Positions 27,734-41,018 of a DNA stretch of 64,000 nt are shown here, one piece after another (the stretch's first letter is position 1; every line of letters begins with the position of its first letter). A program made the position numbers and the translations under genes. This DNA comes from Planctomycetota bacterium (GTDB lineage: Bacteria > Planctomycetota > UBA1135 > UBA2386), in the NCBI GenBank assembly GCA_046290465.1, contig JBKAGP010000001.1, positions 5,152,001-5,216,000 on the forward strand. Direction: 5' to 3'. Under the pieces are notes generated by a model, which saw only the letters and a list, made by a program, of their open reading frames with translations, ran no database searches and had not been told where the DNA came from.

Positions 27734-27768
27734 ATCCATGGGTCGTCGCCAACCAACGGAGGTCGCCC

Positions 27769-30408
<2,640 letters not shown>

Positions 30409-30491
30409 GGGGCTTCCCGCCGTCGTTCGGAACGGCTCATCTCTGGCGTTGCGGCGGCGGCTGCTCCATGCTCCGCTGCCCCACAGCGATC

Positions 30492-31499
<1,008 letters not shown>

Positions 31500-31512
31500 C
31501 GCGGCGATCGGT

Positions 31513-32820
31513 TCAGCGGCCGCGGCGCACGCGCGGTGGGTGGCCCTTGGGCGCGAGCAGCGTGAACCACGTGCTGAGGACTGCGGCCAGCAGCAGGTTG
31601 CCGCGGTAGCCCTTGAGGAACTCGAGCTGCTCGTCGCTGAACTCGTCGATCGGCGGCTCGGCGGAGTAGGCCTGGAACAGCCAGGCCCAGATCACCCACG
31701 CGGCGATCACGCCGACGCAGGTCGCCGATTGGACCCAGCGGCCCCAGCCGCTGAAGAATGCGCCGAGGCCCGCTACCGGCAACAAGAACACGGTCCAAGG
31801 CAGGGCCGACACGTGCATCCACGGCACCTCGAACGCATAGCCGATCCACATGGCGATGCAGACCGCGAGCGCCGCGCCCAGCATCAGCGCGTGCCGCTTC
31901 GAGAACGCGTCGAGCGCATGTCGGCCGATCGGGTGCAGCAGCAACAGCAGGTTGAAGATCGGCACCACGCACGCGGTCAGCAGCACGACGCCGAGCCAGC
32001 TGTATGCCGCCACGGTTGCTGCCGTCTCGTAGCCGGCGGCGGCGAGGGAGCGGCGGCCGATCTGCGCGACCACGAAGGCGCCGATCAGCACCTGCGTCTG
32101 CCGCTGCGGCGGGAACCGTTCCAACCAGACGAACGGCGCCAGCACCGCGCGGTAGATCGGGCTGTGTGAGCGCAACGCTTCGACCAGGCCGGCGCGCGCG
32201 CCGTCGAGCATCGGGTCGCGCCGCAGCGCCTCCTGGAAGTGCTGCAACGCCTCCTTGGGCTGACCCTGGCGCAGGCACGCGAAGCCGCGCGCCTGGTGGG
32301 TGTAGGGGTTGTCGGGGTCGTGGGCCAGCGACGCCTTGACGTCGGCCTGCGCCTCGTCGCTGCGGCCGAGCTTGGTCAGCGCCACGGAGCGCATGTTGAG
32401 GCAGTCGGTGTTCTGCGGGTCGATCGCGAGGCCGGCGTCGGCCGCGGTGATCGCGGCCTGCCAGCGGCTCTGCAGCAACAGGATCTGGGCGAGCGTGCCG
32501 CGGTGCTCGGCGTCTTCGGGGGCGAGGTCGATCGCGATGCGGATCGCTTCCTCGGCTGCCTTGTAGTCACGTCGCGTCATCTGCACGACGGCAATTGCCC
32601 GGAAGCCGAAGTCGAGCTCGGGGTCGATGGTGACCGCCTGCTTGCCGGCGGCGAGCGCTTCGTCCAGGTCGCCAGTCTGGGCCAGCACCTGCGCCAGCAG
32701 CGCGTGGGCCGGCGCGAAGTCGGGGTCCTGCGCCAGCAGCGCACGCAGCTCTTTCTCGGCCAGTTCGAAGCGTTGCTGCTCGTAGAGCAGCGCGGCACGT
32801 TGCCAGTGGGCGTCGATCAT
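31513..32820 (-). CDS. TPR-repeat protein with C-terminal multi-pass membrane domain
   Basis: About 6 TPR-like repeats followed by several hydrophobic helices. Confidence 0.85.
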   Translation of the reverse strand: MIDAHWQRAALLYEQQRFELAEKELRALLAQDPDFAPAHALLAQVLAQTGDLDEALAAGKQAVTIDPELDFGFRAIAVVQMTRRDYKAAEEAIRIAIDLAPEDAEHRGTLAQILLLQSRWQAAITAADAGLAIDPQNTDCLNMRSVALTKLGRSDEAQADVKASLAHDPDNPYTHQARGFACLRQGQPKEALQHFQEALRRDPMLDGARAGLVEALRSHSPIYRAVLAPFVWLERFPPQRQTQVLIGAFVVAQIGRRSLAAAGYETAATVAAYSWLGVVLLTACVVPIFNLLLLLHPIGRHALDAFSKRHALMLGAALAVCIAMWIGYAFEVPWMHVSALPWTVFLLPVAGLGAFFSGWGRWVQSATCVGVIAAWVIWAWLFQAYSAEPPIDEFSDEQLEFLKGYRGNLLLAAVLSTWFTLLAPKGHPPRVRRGR

Positions 32821-32833
32821 CGTGGGGTGCGAC

Positions 32834-34174
32834 TCAGAGCTTCAGGTAGCTCTTGAGCTCGTCGTAGAGCCCGGCTTCGTTGGCGTAGAGCACGTAGTTC
32901 TTGGCGGTGGCGAACCACTCCGCGGTGGTGGGGCGCTGCGCCTTGGCGGCGGTGAGCAGGTCCTTGGTGGTCAGCGGCGTCGGCTTGCCGGCCGCGATCG
33001 CCTCGTCGAGCTTGGCCTCGATCGCGCGGTCGACGACGGCCTTCAGGTCGGCGCCCGAGTAGCGGTCGGTCTTCTTCGCGACCGCCTGCACGTCGAGGTC
33101 CTGCTGTGGCTTGCCGGCGAGCATCAGCCGCAGGATCGCGGCGCGTGCCTTGAGGTCCGGCGGCGGCACGAAGATCACCCGGTCGAATCGACCCGGTCGA
33201 CGGAACGCGCTGTCCATGTGCCACGGCGCGTTGGTCGCCGCCAGCACCAGCAGGTCGTCGTTCTTGGCGTCGAGGCCGTCGAGCTCGGCGAGGAACTGGT
33301 TGATCGTCTGGCGACCGGCGCTGTGCTTGAGGTCGCCGCGGCTGGCGCCGAGCGCGTCGACTTCGTCGAAGAACAGCACGCACGGCCGGTGGTTGCGCGC
33401 CGACTCGAACACCGCGTGCAGGTTGCGTTCGCTCTGGCCGATCCACATCTCGAGGATCTCGTGGATGCCGATGCTCAGGAAGCGCGCATCGACCTCACCG
33501 GCGGTCGCCTTGGCCAGGAACGTCTTGCCGCAGCCGGGAGGGCCGTACATCAGGATGCCACCGCCGCCCTTCTTGCCGTACGCCTGGAACAGCTCCGGCT
33601 GCTGCATCGGCAGGATGATCTTCCTGGCGATCTCCTTCTTGAGGTCGTCGAGGCCGCCGACGTTGACGAACTTGACGTCCGAACGCACCGGCCGCAGGTC
33701 GGGGCCGCCGCCGCCGTCGTCGCCGGTGGAGTGGCGCAGGCGACCGTCGACCAGCTCGCTGCCGTCGGCGCCCGGCGCGTCGACGCCGAGGCGCTCGCTG
33801 AGCTCCTCGTCGCGCAGCGTCGGGTCGCTCTGCACCGCCTTGCGATACTGGCGGACCGCCTGCTCGACGTCGCCCTCGGACAGCAGCACCCGCGCCAGGT
33901 CGACGCGGGCGCGCTCGTTGCCGTTGTCGACCAGCTGTTCGAGCACGATCGCAGCGGCGGACTGCTTGCCCTGCGACCGGTAGCACTTCGCCAGCAGCAG
34001 CAAGAACGCCTCGTCGTCCGGCTGCTGCTTCAGCGCGGTCTTGCACTCGGCCTCGGCGTCGGCGTAGTGGCCATGCGCCAGCAGCGTCTCGCCCAGCAGC
34101 TTGCGCAGGGCGAGGTTGTCCGGGCTCTGGCTCAGCGCTTCCCGCAGCGACCGGATGGTGTCGTCGGCGTCCAT
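32834..34174 (-). CDS. TPR + classical AAA ATPase (CDC48/Vps4-like single domain)
   Basis: N-terminal TPRs, YGPPGCGKT, WIGQSE pore loop, FFDEVD, AATNAPW, RPGRFD. Confidence 0.92.
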   Translation of the reverse strand: MDADDTIRSLREALSQSPDNLALRKLLGETLLAHGHYADAEAECKTALKQQPDDEAFLLLLAKCYRSQGKQSAAAIVLEQLVDNGNERARVDLARVLLSEGDVEQAVRQYRKAVQSDPTLRDEELSERLGVDAPGADGSELVDGRLRHSTGDDGGGGPDLRPVRSDVKFVNVGGLDDLKKEIARKIILPMQQPELFQAYGKKGGGGILMYGPPGCGKTFLAKATAGEVDARFLSIGIHEILEMWIGQSERNLHAVFESARNHRPCVLFFDEVDALGASRGDLKHSAGRQTINQFLAELDGLDAKNDDLLVLAATNAPWHMDSAFRRPGRFDRVIFVPPPDLKARAAILRLMLAGKPQQDLDVQAVAKKTDRYSGADLKAVVDRAIEAKLDEAIAAGKPTPLTTKDLLTAAKAQRPTTAEWFATAKNYVLYANEAGLYDELKSYLKL

Positions 34175-34219
34175 GCGGGCACAGTACGACCGCGGCGCCG
34201 ACGCACAACAGGGCGCCTG

Positions 34220-34303
34220 GGAGCGCGTCCATGTAGTGGACGCGCTGCCGACCGTGATCGCGGAAGCGGCGTGTACGCGTGCGGACGGGGCTTTGCCCGC
34301 TAG
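34220..34303. mobile_element. 84-bp MITE/REP-like element, copy 2
   Basis: Same orientation and 83 of 84 nt identical to 22675-22758; ends in the CTAG carrying the stop codon of the adjacent gene. Confidence 0.75.
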
Positions 34304-35241
34304 TCCGCCCAGCGCTCGTACCAGCGCTCGAACTGCTCGAACTGCTCTTTGGCGAACGCGCGCTGGCTTGGGCTGAGCGCGTCGCTCTCGTTGAAGTGCA
34401 TCGCGTAGCGCTCGTCGCCCTGCAGCTCGAGCAGGTACTTGTAGTGCAGCACGAGGTCCGGGCCCTCGTCGAACGTCGACAGCACCGTCAGCGCCTCGCC
34501 GAGCTCGGTGGCGCGTCGGCGGGCGTCGGCGTCGCCCTGCTGTGCCTGCTGGCACAGCTCGACCAGCTTCAGCACCGGGCCCGGCAGCGCGTTGCCGATG
34601 CCGGTGATCGCGCCGGTGGCGCCGCAGTTGACGAAGCCGTGCACGACCTGCGTGTCGACGCCGACCATCAGCGTCAGGTCGTCGTCGCCGCTGGTGATGT
34701 TCTCGGCCGCGTAGGTCAGCGCCGGGCCACCGCCGAACTCCTTGAAGCCGACCAGGTTCGCGTGGCGTTCGCGCAGCGCGAAGAACAGCTCGGCGCGCGT
34801 CTCGAAGCCGTAGTAGGGGCTGTTGTAGATCACCGCCGGCAGCTTCGGCGCCGCCGACAGGATCGCCTCGAAGTGGGCGCGCTGCGCGGTCGCCGACGTG
34901 CCGCGCGACAACACGCGCGGGATCACCATCAGCCCGGCCGCGCCGACCTCGGCCGCGTGGCTGGCGTGCGCGACCGCGGTGCGCGTGTTGACCGCGCCGG
35001 TGCCGACCACCACGCGCAGGCCGGCCTGCACCAGTCGCGCGACGCCCTGCATGCGCTCGGCATCGCGCAGCAGCGGCCAGTCGCCCATCGAACCGCAGTA
35101 GACCACCGCGCTCATGCCGGCGTCGACGAGCTGTCGGCCCTTCTCGACCAGCGCGTCGAAGTCGGGCACGCGCTCGCCGTCGCGTTCGGTGCACGGAGTC
35201 ATCAGGGCCGGCATGCAGCCGGTGAACGGAGAGTCGGTCAT
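34300..35241 (-). CDS. Dihydrodipicolinate synthase-family protein (probable pyrroline-hydroxy-carboxylate deaminase type)
   Basis: PALMTP, YCGSMGDW, IYNSPYYG, Schiff-base Lys in GFKEFGG. Confidence 0.85.
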   Translation of the reverse strand: MTDSPFTGCMPALMTPCTERDGERVPDFDALVEKGRQLVDAGMSAVVYCGSMGDWPLLRDAERMQGVARLVQAGLRVVVGTGAVNTRTAVAHASHAAEVGAAGLMVIPRVLSRGTSATAQRAHFEAILSAAPKLPAVIYNSPYYGFETRAELFFALRERHANLVGFKEFGGGPALTYAAENITSGDDDLTLMVGVDTQVVHGFVNCGATGAITGIGNALPGPVLKLVELCQQAQQGDADARRRATELGEALTVLSTFDEGPDLVLHYKYLLELQGDERYAMHFNESDALSPSQRAFAKEQFEQFERWYERWAD

Positions 35242-36113
35242 GGTCTCGCTATCGGGTCAGGGGTGGCTTCGAGTCGGTCGATCGCGGCGCCGAGCACCGG
35301 CGCCTGGCTGTGGATGTGGTCCTGCAGGGCGGTGCGGGCGCGGGCCCAGCGGCGCGCCGCTGCGTGCCGCAGGATCTCGGTGTGCTGGCCGGCCATCTCG
35401 GCGAGGCGGTCGGCGCCGACCGCGGCGTAGTCGAACAGGCGGGCGTAGTAGCGGCCGTGCGACGCGAAGAACGCGGCGAGGTAGTGGTTGTCCGCCTGCT
35501 GCACGAAGTAGGCGTGCAGGTCGTTGTCGATGTGGCCGCGCGCGACGGCGTCGGCGTCGTTGCCGCGTCGCAGGCGCTGCAGCTCGTCGCGGTCGAGGCG
35601 GTCGCGCGCGAGGTCGAGGGCCTGCATCTCGAGCGTCGCACGCACGTCGAGGAAGGCACGCATGTCGTCGCGATGGAACGGCCGCGGCCGCCAGCCGCGC
35701 CGCTCGACGTGTTCGAGAACGCCCGCGCCGGCGAGCTCGTGGAGCACGCGTCGCAGGCGCGTGCGCCCGACGCCGAGGCGTTCGGCGAATGCCTCTTCGC
35801 GCAGGAAGTCGTGCTCGCCGCGCAGGCTCATGCGCAGCACGTGGTGTTCGACTTCGGCGCCGAGGTTCGGTGGGTCGGTCGAAAGGCGCGGGGAGCGGCG
35901 AGCCCGCGGCTTCTTCGGGCCTGCCTGCAGCCTGCCGTTCGGTCGCCGTTCGACCAGGCCGGCTTCGATCAGCTTCTCGACCGCGTGCCGGACCGGCGTC
36001 ACGCTGACGCCGTATGCGCTCGCCAACGCCCCGAGCGTCAGCCGGTCGGGCAGCGGCGCGGATCCGCGCAGGCGCTCCCGCAGGTCCTGCTCGATGTGTC
36101 GGGCGATCGTCAC
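35238..36113 (-). CDS. GntR-family regulator with two wHTH domains and FCD
   Basis: LASAYGVSVTPVRHA and FAERLGVGRTRLRRVL HTHs, then an FCD-like region (DNDLH, QHTEIL). Confidence 0.85.
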   Translation of the reverse strand: MTIARHIEQDLRERLRGSAPLPDRLTLGALASAYGVSVTPVRHAVEKLIEAGLVERRPNGRLQAGPKKPRARRSPRLSTDPPNLGAEVEHHVLRMSLRGEHDFLREEAFAERLGVGRTRLRRVLHELAGAGVLEHVERRGWRPRPFHRDDMRAFLDVRATLEMQALDLARDRLDRDELQRLRRGNDADAVARGHIDNDLHAYFVQQADNHYLAAFFASHGRYYARLFDYAAVGADRLAEMAGQHTEILRHAAARRWARARTALQDHIHSQAPVLGAAIDRLEATPDPIARP

Positions 36114-36118
36114 TGATG

Positions 36119-36138
36119 TGACTTTGTATACAAAGTCA
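36119..36138. promoter_or_regulatory. Perfect 20-bp palindromic operator (GntR/FadR-type)
   Basis: TGACTTTGTATACAAAGTCA, 5 nt upstream of the gntR start; TTGTATACAA core. Confidence 0.8.
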
Positions 36139-36219
36139 TGAAAGGAAACCAGTGCCACGGCCTGGCCTGGCCGCGGCCACAGCCCTGGACGCTGCGGTCG
36201 CGCCTGCGCGGCCGGCCTG

Positions 36220-37488
36220 CTAGCCGCGCCCGAGCGCCGTTCGCAGCGCGTCGAGCGAGGCCGCCAACGGCTCGGCACGGCTGGGCCGGGCCAGCAGTTC
36301 GGCCAGCGGTGCCGGCACGTCCGGCGCCGTGCCGACCAGCGGCTCGACGACCTCCGCGAACTTCGCCGCGTGGGCGGTTGCCGCGACGATCCAGGCGCGC
36401 TCGTCGCCCTGGTCCCGCAGCCGCTCGCGAACGGCCAGGCCGCAGGCCGAATGCGGGCAGACGATCTCGCCGGTGCGGCGGTGCGTCGCGCGGATCTGGG
36501 CCCGGATCGCATCGTCGTCGACCGAGTCGGCGCGCACGACCTCGGCGGGGCAGGCGAACCGCTGGCGCAGCCGTTCGAGGTTGCTCGGCGCGCCGACGTC
36601 CATCGCGTTGGCCAGCGTCGCGACGCTGGCGGTCGGCTCGTAGCGGCCGGTCGCCAGGAACTCCGGCAGCACCCGGTTGGCGTTGGTCGCCAGCACGACG
36701 TCGCCGATCGGCAGGCCGGCCTCGCGTGCCAGCAGGCAGGCCAGCGCGTTGCCGAGGTTGCCGGTCGGCACGACGTAGTTCGGCGCTGCGCGTCCCGCCG
36801 CGACGGCGGTCAGCGACGAGTGCACGTAGTAGCTCATCTGCGGCAGCAGCCGGCCGAGGCTGATGCTGTTGGCCGAGACCAGGCCGTGGCGTTCGTTGAG
36901 GTCGGCGTCGGCGAACGCGGCCTTGACCATCGCCTGGCAGTCGTCGAACGAGCCGGCGACGCGGTAGGCGGTGACGTTGTCGCCGAACGCGCCCAGCTGG
37001 TGCGCCTGGCGCGGCGAGACGCGGCCGTCCGGATACAGCACGGCGACCCGGAACCCGGGCCGATCGTGGAACGCGGCGGCGACGGCTGCGCCGGTGTCGC
37101 CCGAGGTCGCGACCAGCACGGTCCGTTCGCGGTCTGCCTCGCGCAGGCGCAGCAGGCAGCTCGCGAGGAACCGCGCCCCGAAGTCCTTGAAGGCCGCGGT
37201 CGGCCCCCAGAACAGCTCGAGCAGCGCCGTGTCGGGCTCGATCCAGCGGGTCGGCGCGTCGAACGTGAAGCTGTCGGCGACGATCGCCGGCAGGTGTTCG
37301 AGCAGCGCGTCGTCGGCGAAGAACGGCGCCAGCGCGGCTTCGGCGCGCTGCTGCAGCGTGGTGCCCCACGGCCCGTGCTGCCGGTCCGGTTGCGGCGGCA
37401 TGAACAGCCCGCCGTCCGGGGCCTGGCCCTTGGCGATGGCCTCGGCAAGCGGCACCGGTCCGGCGCCGCGCGTGCTGACTACCTGCAT
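36220..37488 (-). CDS. thrC: Threonine synthase
   Basis: GQAPDGGLFMP, ELFWGPTAAFKDFG (PLP Lys), ATSGDTG, SANSIS, VPTGNLGN. Confidence 0.95.
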   Translation of the reverse strand: MQVVSTRGAGPVPLAEAIAKGQAPDGGLFMPPQPDRQHGPWGTTLQQRAEAALAPFFADDALLEHLPAIVADSFTFDAPTRWIEPDTALLELFWGPTAAFKDFGARFLASCLLRLREADRERTVLVATSGDTGAAVAAAFHDRPGFRVAVLYPDGRVSPRQAHQLGAFGDNVTAYRVAGSFDDCQAMVKAAFADADLNERHGLVSANSISLGRLLPQMSYYVHSSLTAVAAGRAAPNYVVPTGNLGNALACLLAREAGLPIGDVVLATNANRVLPEFLATGRYEPTASVATLANAMDVGAPSNLERLRQRFACPAEVVRADSVDDDAIRAQIRATHRRTGEIVCPHSACGLAVRERLRDQGDERAWIVAATAHAAKFAEVVEPLVGTAPDVPAPLAELLARPSRAEPLAASLDALRTALGRG

Positions 37489-38417
37489 GACTCGACCTCC
37501 GCGCGCGGTCCTTGGACCGGCGAGACGAACACGTCGCTGGCCAGCGCGACGTCCGCGAACGCGCGCTGCATCGCCGCACCGCCGCGTTCGGCAGCCGCGC
37601 GCGAGGCGAACCAGCCGAACACGCTGGGGCCGCCGCCTGCGATGCTCGCACCGATGGCCTGGTGGTCGAGCGCCGCGCGCTGCACGGCCGCGAATCCCGG
37701 CACCAGCGGCGCGCGGCGCGGTTCGACCAGCACGTCGCGCAAGCCGCGGCGCAGCAGCGCCTCGTCACCGCGAAAGCAGCCGGCCAGCATCAGCGCGAGC
37801 GCTTCGGTCTGCTGGGTGATCGCCGTCAGCGCGAACGGCTCGGCGAGCACTTCGCGCGAGCGGCGCGTCTCGAGCTGGCAGTGTGGATGCACCAGCGCGA
37901 TGTGCAGCCATTCGGGCACCGGGACCGACACCGGCGCGCCGTGCTTGGGCGCGATCACCACGCCGCCGAGCAGGCTCGGGGCGACGTTGTCGCCGTGCGG
38001 TGCGCCGCTGGCCGCAGCCTCGCCGGCGCACGCCGCTGCATAGAGCACGTCGACCGGCTGCCGCGACGGCAGCAGTTCGTTGGCTGCGACGACCGCGGCG
38101 ACCGACGACGCCGCCGAGCCGCCCATGCCCGAGGCGAGCGGGATGCCCTTGTGGATCTCGAGGTCGACCCCGAGGTCGTCGGCGCCGGCCAGGCGGCGCA
38201 GTTCGAGCACCGCACGGCCGGCGGTGTTGCGCTCGGCGTCGCGCGGCAGCGCCGCTTCGGTGCCGTGGATGGCGACGATCTCGATCGTCGCGTCGGCCCT
38301 GCGCGTGCACGTGACGCGGTCGGACGGACCCGCGAACGAGTGGCCGAGCACGTCGAAGCCGGCGGCGCAGTTGCCGATCGACGCCGGCGCGCGGGCGGTC
38401 GCGAACGCCGCACTCAT
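37479..38417 (-). CDS. thrB: Homoserine kinase
   Basis: APASIGNCAAGFDVLG, KGIPLASGMGGSAAS, HGDNVAP, GGGPS. Confidence 0.95.
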   Translation of the reverse strand: MSAAFATARAPASIGNCAAGFDVLGHSFAGPSDRVTCTRRADATIEIVAIHGTEAALPRDAERNTAGRAVLELRRLAGADDLGVDLEIHKGIPLASGMGGSAASSVAAVVAANELLPSRQPVDVLYAAACAGEAAASGAPHGDNVAPSLLGGVVIAPKHGAPVSVPVPEWLHIALVHPHCQLETRRSREVLAEPFALTAITQQTEALALMLAGCFRGDEALLRRGLRDVLVEPRRAPLVPGFAAVQRAALDHQAIGASIAGGGPSVFGWFASRAAAERGGAAMQRAFADVALASDVFVSPVQGPRAEVESCR

Positions 38418-40900
38418 CGACGTGCCCCCAGGTGGTTGGCGACGGCCGGTGTGTCGGCGACTCCGAGCGCGCTGGCGACGCGCAGCAGATCGGCGAAGAT
38501 GCCCATCGCGGTGACCTCGGGGCCGGCGCCGGGGCCGCGCACGACCAGCGGATTGTCGCGGTAGCGTTCGGTCGTGAACTGCACGACGTTGTCGGTCGGT
38601 CGGATGTTGGCGAGCGCGTGGTCCTGCGCGACCTCGGTGAGGCCGACGGTCGCCGCGCCGCCGGCTTCGAGGCGCGCGACGTAGCGCAGCACCGAGCCGC
38701 GCGCCTGCGCCGCGCGCTGCCGTTCGCCGAGCTCGGCGTCGAGTTCGGGCAGCCGCTCGAGGAACGCCGCCTTGTCGAGGTCGCGCAGCCCATCGGGCAC
38801 CAGCGATTCGAGCCGGACGTCGTCGAGGCCGATCTGCCAGCCGTTCTCGCGCGCCAGGATCACCAGCTTGCGTGCGACATCGAGGCCGCTGAGGTCGTCG
38901 CGCGGATCGGGTTCGGTGAAGCCGCGCTGCATCGCGTCGCGCACCAGCTGCGAGAACGGCACCGCGCCGTCGAAGCTCGTGAACAGGAACGCCAGCGTGC
39001 CGGACAGGATGCCGTCGATCGCCAGCACGCGGTCGCCGGTGTCGATCAGGTCGCGCAGCGTCGTGACGATCGGCAGCCCGGCGCCGACGGTCGCCTCGTA
39101 GCAGAACTGCGCCGGCTGCCGCTGCAGGGACCGGTAGCGCTCGATCGGTCCCGAGCCCGCGTGCTTGTTCGGTGTGATCACGTGGATGCCGGCGCGCAGC
39201 CAGTCGGCGTAGCGATCGGCGACGGCGTCCGACGCGCTGCAGTCGACGATCACCGCGTGCGGCAGGTGCTCGGCGTGCACGTGCGCGGTCAGCTCGTCGA
39301 GGTCGGTGTCGTGATCGAGTTCGCGCTCGTAGCCGTCGGCCTGTTCTTCGAACAGGGCCATCCGTCGCGATCCGGCGATCGCACGCACGCGCAGGTCGAG
39401 GTTGTTCTGCTCGAGCAGCTGGCCGCGCGCCTCCTGCAGCTGGCGCAGGAACGTGCGGCCGACGTTGCCCGGGCCGATCACGCCGACCGACAGCGTGCGG
39501 GCCGACAGGTAGAAGCCGGCGTGCACGGCGCGCAGCGCGCGTTGCGCGCTCTGCTCGTCGAGCGCGACCGAGATGTTGCGCTCCGAGGATCCCTGCGCGA
39601 TCACCCGCACGTTGACGTTGGCGCGGCCGAGCGCCGCGAACATCTGCGACGCGACGCCGGGGCGGCCGGCCATGCCGTCGCCGACGGCGGCGAGCGCCGC
39701 GATGCCGCGTTCGACGCGCACGTCGCTGACCTGGCCGTTGCGCAGCTCGTGCGCGAACGCGCGCCGCACCGCGCGTTCGGCGGCGTCGGCGTCGTTGGCC
39801 CGGATCACCACGCAGATCGAGTGTTCGGACGAGCCCTGCGAGATCATCACCACCGACACGCGGGCCTGCTCGAGCGCGGAGAAGAGGCGCTGGGCGGTGC
39901 CCGGTACGCCGATCATGCCGGCGCCCTCTAGGTTGAGGATCGCGAGGCCCTTGACGGTGCTGACGCCCTTGACGAACGGCTCGGGTTCGACCGACGCCGC
40001 GATCCGGGTGCCGGGGTGGGACGGGTCGAACGTGTTGCGCGCGATGATCGCGATGCCGCGCTCGATCGCCGGCGCCATCGTCTGCGGGTGCAGCACCTTG
40101 GCGCCGAAGTAGGCGAGTTCGCAGGCCTCCGAGTACGACAGCTGCGGGATCTCGACGGCTTCGGGCACCACGCGCGGATCGGCGGAGAGGATGCCGTCGA
40201 CGTCGCTCCAGACGTGCAGCTCGGTCGCCGCGAACAGCGCGGCGAAGATCGCTCCCGAGTAGTCGCTGCCGTTGCGGCCGAGGTTGGTCACGCGGCCGTC
40301 GCGCGTGCGCGCGACGAACCCGGAGACGACCGTGATCGCGCCGGGCCGGTCGCAGTAGCGAGCGAGCCGCGTGCGGGTCTCGTCCCACACGACCGTTGCG
40401 CCGAGCTCGCTGGCCTCGACGACCAGCACCTTGCGCCCATCGAGCCATTGGCTGTCGCAGCCGCGCGCGCGCAGGGCGCCGTCGACGATCATCGCCGACC
40501 AGATCTCCCCGAGGCCCGAGACCAGCTGCAAAAGGTCGGGGGAGACGGCGCCGATCAGCGACTGGGCGTGCAGCAGTTCGTGCAGCGCCGTGAACTCCTC
40601 GGCCAGCCGTTCGGCGACCGGCTTGCAGTGCGTGCCGAGCAGCGCGTTGGCGGCGGCGAGGTGGCGCTGTTCGAGCTCGGTCGCGCGCGTCTGCCAGACC
40701 TCCGGGTCGGGGCCGGTGGCGGCCTGGTCGACCAGGTCGATCAACGTGTCGGTCACGCCGCCCATCGCGGACACGACGACGACCTGGCGACCGCTGCGCT
40801 GTTGCACGATGTCGACGACGCGGCCGATGCGCTCGGCGTCGCGCAGGCTGCTGCCGCCGAACTTGTGGGCGGTGGTGGATGGGGGCGCGGAGGTGCTCAT
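38414..40900 (-). CDS. thrA: Bifunctional aspartokinase/homoserine dehydrogenase I
   Basis: HKFGGSS, LGRNGSDYS, two ACT domains (QGSSE), GPGNVG, YEATVGAGLP, GFTEPDPRDDLSG, GPGAG. Confidence 0.96.
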   Translation of the reverse strand: MSTSAPPSTTAHKFGGSSLRDAERIGRVVDIVQQRSGRQVVVVSAMGGVTDTLIDLVDQAATGPDPEVWQTRATELEQRHLAAANALLGTHCKPVAERLAEEFTALHELLHAQSLIGAVSPDLLQLVSGLGEIWSAMIVDGALRARGCDSQWLDGRKVLVVEASELGATVVWDETRTRLARYCDRPGAITVVSGFVARTRDGRVTNLGRNGSDYSGAIFAALFAATELHVWSDVDGILSADPRVVPEAVEIPQLSYSEACELAYFGAKVLHPQTMAPAIERGIAIIARNTFDPSHPGTRIAASVEPEPFVKGVSTVKGLAILNLEGAGMIGVPGTAQRLFSALEQARVSVVMISQGSSEHSICVVIRANDADAAERAVRRAFAHELRNGQVSDVRVERGIAALAAVGDGMAGRPGVASQMFAALGRANVNVRVIAQGSSERNISVALDEQSAQRALRAVHAGFYLSARTLSVGVIGPGNVGRTFLRQLQEARGQLLEQNNLDLRVRAIAGSRRMALFEEQADGYERELDHDTDLDELTAHVHAEHLPHAVIVDCSASDAVADRYADWLRAGIHVITPNKHAGSGPIERYRSLQRQPAQFCYEATVGAGLPIVTTLRDLIDTGDRVLAIDGILSGTLAFLFTSFDGAVPFSQLVRDAMQRGFTEPDPRDDLSGLDVARKLVILARENGWQIGLDDVRLESLVPDGLRDLDKAAFLERLPELDAELGERQRAAQARGSVLRYVARLEAGGAATVGLTEVAQDHALANIRPTDNVVQFTTERYRDNPLVVRGPGAGPEVTAMGIFADLLRVASALGVADTPAVANHLGARR

Positions 40901-40961
40901 GCGGTGGGGGTATCAGAGCGTCGTCGGGCGCGAGCGGCGAGGGCGCGGCGGGACGACGGCG

Positions 40962-40987
40962 GGGGCCGCCAGCTGGGGCCGCCAGCT
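40962..40987. repeat. 13-bp tandem duplication GGGGCCGCCAGCT x2 upstream of thrA
   Basis: Read directly at 40962-40974 and 40975-40987. Confidence 0.8.
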
Positions 40988-41018
40988 GGGGTATGGTCGA
41001 GTCGTAACGACCGGGCCT

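Noticed and set aside
40901..41018. Possible thr attenuator or riboswitch upstream of thrA
   Set aside because: No Thr/Ile-rich leader ORF, no U-tailed terminator and no riboswitch consensus that I could recognise; only a 13-bp duplication
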